Assembly: GCA_963514005.1 (NCBI GenBank)
Contig: OY740781.1
Location: 55,614,001-55,678,000, forward strand
Direction: 5' to 3'
Length of the DNA: 64,000 nt
Source of the DNA: Raja brachyura
Taxonomy: Eukaryota
Shown: piece after piece, positions 53,968-64,000 of the stretch
How positions within the stretch are numbered: the stretch's first letter is position 1
Layout of the letters: the number at the start of each line of letters is the position of its first letter
Notes under the pieces: model-generated
The model's database searches: none
The model's input: only the letters and a program-made list of their open reading frames with translations
Told to the model about the DNA's origin: nothing
Position numbers and translations under genes: made by a program

Positions 53968-56776
53968 GAAGAAAAAGGGTGGTTAAAAGGCACCTTTCAC
54001 TGGTAGAAGCATGTACAAACCAAATAGCATACACATGGGATTTTATTTAACTGTTCTCCACTCACTGGCTGCAGCCAAACTAAAAATGGCAACTTTGCAA
54101 AGCAAATTTATAGAAAACTCCTGTGAAAATAATATTTCAATCCCAAACGAAGATCATTCTTTGATGCATTGGGTACGCCCACACATCATTCTTTGATGCT
54201 TTGGCTAAGCCCACATGAACCCAAGGCGAATATGAGATGCTATTCCTTCAATTTGCATATGGCTTCACTCTGACAGTGGAAGAGTCCTAACATAACCTAA
54301 AATGAACAGTGCAAGGGTTATTGGTGAATAAGTGTTGTTTGTTAGCTCTTTCAACATCTGTTGTCACCATGGGAACAATTAAGAGTAGAATGGCAGACCA
54401 GTTACTGACTCCATTAAACATGCCCAGCTATTTGATAATGGGATACATGTTGATATTATTCAACTTTGTTGAGTGAATGCCCTCATTGTAGTTTGGCTGG
54501 AGCAGAGGTAAATGCTGGTACAGAAATCTTTCACACAACAACCAGAATGTGGCGATTGTTGGAGACCAATATCTCAGCTCCAGACAACACAACATGAGTT
54601 TCGGAGAACAGTGAATCAAACCAGCTCCCTCATCACAGCTTAAGGTGGGATGTTCTCTGATGATTTAACTGTTTCCGTTCAATTTCCATCTCCTTTGATA
54701 AAGGCAATCCTGCCAATACGTGGTGAGTTTCAGAGACATTCAGGCTTGGGTTGCTGAGAACAAGTAAAATCGCATCACCCAAGTGCTAGAAAATAGCAGT
54801 CTACAAAAAAGAACATCTAATTAACTCTTCCTGCTCAATGACATAACAAGCTTCCTCGCAGGCCTGAAACATGATAGGACCTACCACAAATTAAACACAA
54901 AATGCTGCAAGTGCTTAACAGATGAGGCAGCATCTGTGGAAAGAAAAACAGAGTTACTGTTTCAGGCCAATGACCTTCCAGAAAAACATCATGGTAATAA
55001 CAGTTCAACAGCAATAGATTTTGCAGGAACTGACTAGTCTCTGGACTCCCACAAACCTTACTGCGGTCTCAGTACAAGTCTGGGGTACTGAAGGATGCCT
55101 CGCTAAGACTCCAGATGCCTCACTAAGCACCTCCAAACCACTCAGAGCAGTTCAACACAAGCCATGAAAAAATAGCCAGTTTCATAGGCATTTTAAACAT
55201 TCACCATTATCACACTGATACACAATACCCGCCTGCTAAAGATATACAGCAATTGTTTGCCAAGCCCTCTTTGACAGCATCGCCCAAACCTGCAAGCTGT
55301 AGCGACCACAAAGGAAAGCAGATGAGAACCCCATGGCTTCCAGGTCACAGACATTCTCATTCAAAACACAGGAGCAGGAGTAAGGCATTTGGCCTCTAAA
55401 GCCCGATTCATCAATCAATCCTCTATCTAATACCATATTCCTGCTCTCCCCAGTTCTACATTTATTGCCGTTTGTTCACTGTTGGTCAATCTAAATACTA
55501 GAGTACCTTTGTGGCAAGAATGTCACAACAGCAACTTAGTAACTGCTTAAAAGCAGTGAACAATTTAACAGAGAAAAAAAATCTTACCCATGACTATATA
55601 CTGTGACATGAAATCACCCTTCATGGATCTCACAGGTAAGCATTTAAAAAAAAACCCAATCAAATACGTCTACTATTGTGTTAAGTGTGGATACAAGGAA
55701 CTGCAGATGCTGGTTTACAAAATAGACAAAGTGCTGGAGTAACTGAGCAGGTCAGGCAGCATCTCTGGGAAAACATGGATAGGTGACGTTTCAGGTTGGG
55801 ATCCTTGTATTCTATTGTATTCTAATTTATATGATAAATAATTATTTTTTAAAATGCATCAAAATAATTGGTATAAAAAAAAAGAATGGATTTTTTCCCA
55901 AAAAAATATTCAAACTGTTAATAAAGAGGCAGGGATTGTAAATTTGGGTAATATTAGTACCATAATAGATCACTAAAACATACGCACTGCCATTCCAAAA
56001 CATATTCTTGCAGAATTTCCTCTCAAGATTCATGAACAATTGTGCAATTATAAAGCATTTCCTCTAATCTTTGAAGGAAAAGCTAATGCATCATTGTTTC
56101 TGTTGGTCACCATGATTAATCAAAATGAGAGCACAAAAAGCTTTTAACACAGGCACACAGACAGTTTGTGACAAGGGTCAATCTACCCAGTATCACGGGT
56201 CTCTGCTGAATAGGTTACTTGGTCCTGAATAAATGCTATGTTTTTAAATATGTGATTTGCGTTCAAACCTAGATAAGCCACAGTGACAAGTGCCAAGTAG
56301 AATTCTTAAAATATTACCAGGTCCCATTTAATAATAAAGACAGCACTTTCAACCCCAAGCACAACAATTCAAAGAGCTCTAATTTGGATAAAGATAACAA
56401 TCGACCCAAGATTAGCACGCAAACCATATAGAAGCAAGATATTGTAAATAAAGCAGCAGATCAAATTATCAGTAACTACTTTAAAGTCCACATGAAAATT
56501 CTTCTCATTAAGTACAGGGCAAAGTACCCAGTGCTGCACCGACAAAGAACATTTTCTGGTTATCTTAACCCAACAGTAATTACCCAGTTAACTTTTCTAC
56601 AGAATTTTCGACTCCAGTGCTAATAGAACTACACAGCGCCTGCCAGAAAAATAACCCCAAAGCTTTATATTATTACTTAGAAATATGGTAGTTTGTAACA
56701 GACCTTGAGTTGTATGATCTGCTTTTGTGACCCTTTTGATTGTACCCTTGCCGAGGCACAATGAAAAAATGCTCAC

Positions 56777-56960
56777 ATTCACAGCCTTGTTCTTGCCGGC
56801 TCCAGCCTTCACTTCATTTCCTATCAGCTGACTAAACAAGCTCATTCCGTCAGCTCTGTCTTTTCAGCATAGCGCACTGCTGATTGGAAGATTCCTGCTT
56901 GTTACGATTGGCAATTAACTTAGAAGAACTCCTCCTTGTTGCCTAGCACGATGACGGTAG
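56777..56960 (-). promoter_or_regulatory. Candidate ATOSB promoter and short first exon
   Basis: Non-repetitive sequence with two minus-strand CCAAT boxes (56883-56887, 56907-56911), X-box-like GTTGCCTAGCAC (56938-56949), TGACG half-sites, and a donor AAT|GTGAGC after 56777. No transcript data. Confidence 0.45.
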
Positions 56961-59900
56961 GTTATTCCGACTGAACAGAAAGCTGAATACCAGTCTGGTT
57001 GAAAAGGGGAGGATAATACATCAAATGCAATTTTAAACATTTACAAAGGTGGACTGGAAACAACTGGGTGGGGAGAGAGAAGCTGTACTTCGCTGTATTG
57101 GGAAACCGTTTGAATTAAGTAGCATTTTTAGTTTGCCTTTGCTGTCCTCCGACAAACAAGATTGCTTAACCAAATATGGCAATTTGAAATGATTGCAGAA
57201 TATTCAAGTAAATATTTCAATTTTGTAGAGAATAAGGTTTACATTAGAATACAGCCAGTTAAGCACCATTTCTAGCTCTAATTAAGTTTTTAAACTTTTG
57301 TATCCCTTTCCAGTTTTTTTATGTCTGCATGCTTCACCAGTTTTTCCCCAAAATTGTAAATCCAATTATATAATATGGTTAGGCCAGTTTTAAAACGGCT
57401 CTCGTTCATTCTGCATGAAAATAGTGCTATTGTCATATCATTACCTTTTCAAAGCCCTGACAGATGGGTTTAACTAAGCACTGACAAATCTAATTTATTG
57501 TTCCCCACTACACATACCTTGTGCATTGCCATCCCTTAGTTAATCATCAAACAACAATAAATAGGAGGGGGTTAAAAGCTGCTGGCAGGTGATAAGTAGG
57601 GACACAAAAGGTACTGGAATCTTATAAGTAAGGAAGATGACAAATGAGGGAGAGATGAAGGATAGAAAGATACACCTGCAGGAGGGGAAATGGTGGAAGA
57701 CATGTGGGGGTAGTAGGTAAATTAAACCAGGAAGGGTGAGGGACACGAAAATAGGTGATGGGGAGCTGAAAGTAGTGTATGGAGGTTGTGAACAAAATAA
57801 AGAAATGGGATGACTGGAAGGAGCCACAAGGGAAGCACACGAAGTAAGAGTTACCAAAAATTAGAAAATTCATATGTTCTTATTCGGTTGTAGACGACTT
57901 ATGCGCAATATGAGATATGTCCTTCTAATTTGCGTTTGACTCACCTTGGCAGTGGAAAAGGCCAAAGGCCGATAGGCCGGTCGGTGTGAGAATGGAAAGG
58001 GGAATTGAAATGAGATGCAAACAAAAACACAGGAGAGCCATTGCAGACTGACTACAGGTGGTCTGTAAACCTGTCACCTAGTCTGCACTTGATCTCACCA
58101 GAGCAGCAAACATTGGAATACACTTTGTTTCTGCAAGAAATAAGAGTTAGCTCTAAGTCGAAAGAATGGTTCCGACCCAAAATGTTACCTATTATTTTCT
58201 AAAAATCTTTGGGTCATAGATTCAAAGACACATACCACATGGAAACAGGTATTTTGGTCCACCTGGTTCATGCCGGCCAAGTTGGCACATGAGGTAGTTC
58301 CATTTGCTTGCATTTGGTCCATAGGCCTCCAAACCATTCCTTTCCATATATCTGTCCAAATGTCCTTTACAAATCTTCTTTAGCTTTACCTGGCGGCTCA
58401 TTCTAGATACAGCCTACCCTCCAAGTGACGAAGTTGCCCTCAATGCCAAATCTCTCCCCTCTCACCCATGACCATTCACTTTATCCGTGCTCCTCAGTCA
58501 TGACCTTGTACACCTGTGCTCCCCTGTTTAAAAAAATCCCTGTAACAGAACCTCTCCCTGTAACTGGTCTTGTGCAAATTAAAACTATCAGGAAAAAAAA
58601 GGCTGTAAACACCAAATTGCCTCGTATTTGCTTAAGAATATTGTTTGAAAATGATAAATACCTATGGTCTTGATTTCCATTGAAAATGGCCATTATACCA
58701 TTTCTTCAGCATATTATCCAAGTCTTACAAACCCACAAAAATGCATACTAACAGTGGGATCACCATAAACATTAAATTCCATAGTATTTTATTGTTGAGT
58801 GTATCATATTTCCCCTCCCCCCCAAAAAAATGACATTGAATTGAAATGTGAGAAAGTGCTGGTGGATGCGGTAAAAGTCATGGTATGATTTAAAGGCAGA
58901 ACAAAAAGGTTGCGGCAAGTGGCAGAGTACAGCTTCAAGAAATAACTAAATTACATAGACTCTGTGTTGCCAGTTACTGTAAATATCATCAGGAAACGAT
59001 TCAGAAAATAAATCATACAACAAACCATTTTGTTAGCCAGCAAAATAATCACAATCATGAATGATGAAAATCCAGATCACCTTTGCCTGGATAAAATGGA
59101 AGCAAGAAAGCTGAATGGAAACTTAGCCTATACCTGGCGTCATGTATGACAGGAATGTGCTGTTCAAAGTTGGACAATCTTTTCTCTCTGCAGCTTGTAA
59201 CTTAATTTGAAAGAGGCACCATCATAAATCATCATGCCAACAACAAATGTTTGATCAAAAGTGTACGATAGATCACTTTTCTGCTTCCCACAACCAAGAT
59301 TGAAAAGGTGATATTTAAGAGTGAAATGTTTTGAAATGAAATAACTCTGGAAGTATGGAAATGGACCACAAGTAGTAAGGAATGTGCTTAAAAACGAATA
59401 CTCAGTAGCCCCACTTCTGGAATCGCAAAACAGGCCATTATTTTTCCTAATCATGGAATGTTCATATCCACGGATCTTAATAATGTGGATGAGAGAGAAA
59501 TTAGTACAAAGACTATTATCATCACGGCTCAATTTTTCGGCAATAGTTTCTGTAAAAGATTATTAACTTGCACTGGTTAACAAGATCGACTGAAGACTGC
59601 CAGCATTTTCTGTGTTTAGCTTGGAATGTCTCCATTTTTCACAATCTGCTGATTTTATTTTAATATCCGAATGACTACGTATTGATAACAACAGAAATAT
59701 CTCCATATGGGAGCAACGTTGTCCTAGCAGCTTCAAATCACATTTTGGTGGTATTAAGATGGAAAAAAATGGTAGATATGTAAAAAGGAAAAGATTAGTG
59801 AAGACAAATGTAGGTCCCTTACAGGGCTCTCACTAAACATTTTTTCCCTGTTGCCAGTCGTGCAACCTTGACAGCTTATTTGGTTGTGAAATGACAGTTT

Positions 59901-60019
59901 AGGTGGTCATTTAAGACGGTTTGCATGACGCATGCGATAATGTGCTCGGACGAAATGCGTAGTTACCAGTCGGAATTATGCTCAATGAAGCATATTATGT
60001 TCAAGAAGGAACATATTAT

Positions 60020-60240
60020 GTTCAAGAAGGAACTGCAATGCTGGAAAATCGAAGGTAGACAAAAGTGCTGGAGAAACTCAGCGGGTGCAGCAGCATCATC
60101 AATAGAGCGAAGGAAAAAGGCAAGGTTTCAGGCTGAAACCCATCAGTCTGAAGAAGGGTTTCGGCCCGAAACGTTGCCTATTTCCTTCGCTCCATAGATG
60201 CTGCAGCATCCGCTGAGTACGTCCAGCACTTTTGTCTACA
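60020..60240. mobile_element. Penelope-derived palindromic short element
   Basis: Inverted arms spanning 60055-60239; hammerhead-like core at 60148-60175. Confidence 0.75.
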
Positions 60241-60362
60241 TTCACATATTATTTCTGCTTCAAATAACTCACAAACTAAACATGTTCACCAATCAAGACA
60301 TGATATATACCACAATGACATGCAGCAAAATTATAATATATCTTAATACAATACAAAATATC

Positions 60363-61608
60363 AATAAACTTGAGCAAAACCAAAATTATGTTATTTTATA
60401 ATTGCAGAACAAATACACAAGCGAATATAAAGATAAATGGGGTTGAAATTGAACGAGTTCATGAAAATAAATTTATTGGGGTTATAATGGATGATAGAAT
60501 CAGCTGGAAATCACACATTAAACATGTACAATCCAAACTGTTAAAAAGCATTTCTGTATTACACAAGTTAAGCAGGTGCTGGATCACAAATCACTCCGCA
60601 TTCTCTACTGTTCACTAATCTTACCATATTTAAATTACTGTGCAGAAGTCTGGGGCAATAACTATAAAAGTTCGCTACATTCATTAACTATTCTCCAAAA
60701 AAGAGCAATACACATTATTCACAATGTCAGGTATCTGGATCACACTAATTCATTATTCTTACAGTCAAAATCATTAAAATTAGCAGATTTGGTTGCATTT
60801 AAAACAGCACAGATAATGTTTAGGCCCAAAAATAAAAACTTACCTGGACATATACAAAAATAATTCAATGAGCGAGTGGGGGGTTATAATTTAAGAAGAA
60901 TATTTAATTTTAAGGTACAAAGAGTCTGCACGACCAGAAAAACTTTTTGTATTTCGGTCTGTGGAGTGGGATTGTGGAACAGTTTGAATGTGGAGTTAAA
61001 GCATGAACCAGTTCAAAATGACACACAAAAAACTTTTTTTCACAAGGTACAGGGATGAAGGGGTTGGTTGACAAACAGGGGTTAATGTTTATTTATATAT
61101 TTTATTTATTATTTATTTATGTTTTTGGTGACTTCATACATATTACTTGTATGTGTTTATCTGTTGTATGTATATATATGTCTGTATGCATCTCTAAAAA
61201 TTGTCTGGGGTACGTCTACGGTTAAATTGTATCTCAAATGAATAATTAGCTATTGTAGATTATATATTGTATATTATGTTACATATTACATTACTATTGA
61301 TTTATTATTATTATTATTATTAGCAATGTTATTAATAATGGTGATAATTATTATTATTAATTAATCAATTATTAAATATGGAAGAAGGGTTTAGAGAGAA
61401 GGGGTGAGATTAAATGTTATTCTTCTTCTCACTCCTTTTCGAGCTTGTAAAGAAAAAGTGTTGGACATTTAAATTTTGCTTTATGCTTTTCATTTCTTTG
61501 CAAATATTGCCTGGAATGTCCAATTGTTTGACTACTTCGATATTGTTGTTGTTATTTAGTCCTATTTATGTCTTTACTTGTTCAGAACAAATAAACAAAT
61601 AAATAAAT
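60363..61608 (+). mobile_element. L2-group (Crack/Daphne-like) LINE 3' end
   Basis: SKTKIMLF, LYCSLILPYLNYCAEVWGN, LQKRAI, LWNSL; AT-rich 3' UTR with (AATA)n tail; AAATATC on both flanks. Confidence 0.75.
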
Positions 61609-62351
61609 ATCTCAACTCTTTTTACACATTGCAATGAATGCAATTCCTATTAGTTCTTTCCACTTCCAAACAAAAATGTGGTTGGATTATTCAGCATATG
61701 ATCAACCTGTGTCAATAAATCCTGGACCATGGTAACATATATGCTTAACCATATACTCTAAAGATTCAAGGCTATAGGATCTTTGGTAGAGCTGCTTCAG
61801 ACGGCGGAAGAAGACCTCCGCCTAACTCTCCCTCCTCCTCCTCCTCCTCCTTCTCCTCCCAGCCTCGGCGTGCGAGAGGGGTGTTTTGAAAGCACCGTTG
61901 GCGGATTGGCAAGCAGCGGCCATTATCAGGGCGATAGCGGCCCTGCTTGCAAATCCGCCAACAACGCTTTCAAAACAACCCTTTTCGCACGCTGAGGCTG
62001 GGAGGAGGGTGGGAGAGGGAGGCCTCCTTCTGCCAGGGTGCGGGAGGGGGAGGCTGCAGAGCCGCTATCGCGGCCGCTGCTGCCGCTGTTCAGGGCCCGT
62101 CATTCACTCCGACCCATCGTCACCACGCTCCTAGTATCTTTGCCCCGCAATACAGTCGCCGCCGACACGAAACGTCACGTTCTTATTCGCTAGAGATGCT
62201 GCCTGACCCGCTGAGTTACTCCAGTTTTTGTGTCTAACGGTATGAACCAGTATTTGCGTGCCAAGCCGGGCAAAATGACTCAGTGTTTAGGTTGCCCGGT
62301 GGCACTTTGAGTGGTCAATGGCACCCGGGAAACCGCTAATTTCGAGCCCCG

Positions 62352-62850
62352 TCTTATAGTCAGCGACAGGTGACTTTATAATGGAAAACAAGGAAATGGC
62401 AGACCAGTTAAATGAGTACTTTGTTCCGTCTTCACTAAGGAAGGCACAAACAATGTCCCAGAAATACTAGGGGACCGAGAATCTAATGTGAAGGAGGAAC
62501 TGAAGGGAATCCACATTAGTCAGGAAATGGTGTTAGGTAAACTGTTGGGACTGAAGGCAGATAAATCCCCAGGGTCTGCATCCCAGAGTACTCAAGGAGG
62601 TGGCCCTAGAAATCGTGGATGCATTGGTGATCATTTTCCAATGTTCTCTTGACTGGATCAGTTCCTGTGGACTGGAGGGTAACTAATGTAACTCTACATT
62701 TTAAGAAAGGAGGGAGAGAGAAAACAGGGAATTATAGACCAGTTAGCCTGACATCAGCAGTGGGGAAGATGCTGGAGTCAATTATTAAAGATGTAATAGC
62801 AGCGCATTTGGAAAGCAATAACTGGATCGGTCAACGTCAGCATGGATTTG
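62352..62850 (+). mobile_element. CR1 fragment, continuing 59761-59821
   Basis: GSVPVDWR, GNYRPVSLTS, QHGF. Confidence 0.9.
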
Positions 62851-63229
62851 TAAACCCACTAGTAAAAAAAAAAATCGATTTTTCCGCCGCGACCTAGCTG
62901 AGGCCTCGAGTATGCATGGACTACTCTCGAGCGTGAAGGAGAGTTACACAGACCTAGTTACTAGGACCTCGTGTCGACCATGCTGTGATTTTATGATAGT
63001 AGCTGTTAAAACCGACTATGCCCATCTGACAGGTTAAACATTACAGTAACTGACAAGAGATGGCCAAAGGACATAACTGCAGCAAATGTTCTTTTGGTAA
63101 TATGTTTAAAGGTGTCAAAACAAATAATAACATTGGGAATTAAAACACATTTGATTACATGCCGTTATCAAACATAATCAATGTTCGCTCTGAAGACCAT
63201 GAAGCACAATAGGGTCAGGGTGTGTGTGA

Positions 63230-64000
63230 ATCAGTGTGGGATGGATAGATGGCACGGGGGGGGGGGGGGGGGGGGGGGGTTGAGAAGGCATTCGGTGCGG
63301 AATGGATGGATTGAGACAGTTGAATTAGTATGTGTTGGTTGGAGTATGAAAAATTGGCAGGGGAGAGCACGGGGGATGTCAGTGGTGTTGAATGGGGGGG
63401 ATCAGTATAGGATGGATGGGGGTTCAGTACAGGATGAATGGGAGTAGACAAAAATGTTGGAGAAAGTCAGCGGGTGAGACAGCATCGATGGAGCGAAGGA
63501 AATAGGCAATTGTTTGGGTCGAGACCCTTCTTCAGACTGTTTCCCTCATCCTTCTTGAATGGGGGGGATCAGCACAGGATGGATGGGGTGGGGGGGGGGG
63601 GATCAGCACAGGATGAATTGGGGGGGGGGGGTGTCAGTACTGGATGAATGGGGGGTGTCAGGACAGTGTGGATCGGAGGGTCTATGCAGGATGAATGGTG
63701 ATCACTACAGGATGAATGAGGGGATCAGTACGGGATGCATGAGGGGATCAGTGCAGGATGCATGAGGGGAGATCACTAAAGGATGGATGGGGGGGGATTG
63801 ATGCAGGGTAAATGGAGGGTGGGTCAGTATGGGATGAATGGGTGGATCAGTGCAGTATGAATGGGTGAAGTGCAGGATGGATGGGAAGGGGGGGGGATCA
63901 GTACAGGATGAATTGGGGGACCAGTGTAAGATGGATGGGGGGGGGGGGGGTGGCAGGAGAATCAATGCGAGGTGGATTGGGTGATGAATAGATTTGGGGG
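63230..64000 (+). repeat. Degenerate G-rich minisatellite, unit approx. GGGGGATCAGTACAGGATGAAT (~21-25 bp)
   Basis: Repeated CAGGATG(A/G)ATGGGG..GATCAG units running to the window end; interrupted by a Penelope-derived piece at ~63444-63540. Confidence 0.85.

Larger units (their letters stand above)
59822..62351. mobile_element. Non-autonomous hAT-like DNA element inserted in a CR1, itself carrying two nested retroelements
   Basis: Ends are CAGGGCTC...GAGCCCCG. The flanks rejoin as continuous CR1 sequence (...GTAGGTCCCTTA | TAGTCAG..ACAGGTGA..., compare 51990-52050). TSD is degenerate. Confidence 0.65.

Noticed and set aside
62850-62995. CpG-rich segment possibly derived from a Harbinger-type MITE
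   Set aside because: No termini or TSD identifiable, so it cannot be classified.
63230-64000. Repeat/spacer-like periodicity as a CRISPR array
   Set aside because: Degenerate tandem units without unique spacers, vertebrate context, and no cas genes.

Overview
Repeat-rich eukaryotic DNA. The repeat set (HE1/V-SINEs, HER1-like CR1 LINEs, Penelope fragments) points to a cartilaginous fish, probably a skate or ray (inference). One host gene is recognisable: ATOSB/FAM214B on the minus strand, with three consecutive coding exons (7843-6804, 3179-3121, 603-504) whose splice phases fit together. The gene continues past the left edge. A candidate promoter and first exon lie near 56.8-56.95 kb, which would make most of the window a ~49-kb first intron. 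The rest is mobile-element debris: CR1 LINEs (one near full length, one with an uninterrupted 414-aa RT ORF), Rex1/Babar, RTE, an L2-group LINE, Penelope pieces, V-SINEs, a 1.6-kb IR/DR Tc1 transposon and a nested hAT-like element. The most notable finding is two copies of a ~135-bp retroposon with target-site duplications (35248-35383, 48173-48307). Its first 54 nt fold by hand into a minimal HDV/CPEB3-like self-cleaving ribozyme. Many Penelope-derived short elements carry minimal hammerhead-like cores. All assignments are by eye and from recalled family motifs; no database search was run.
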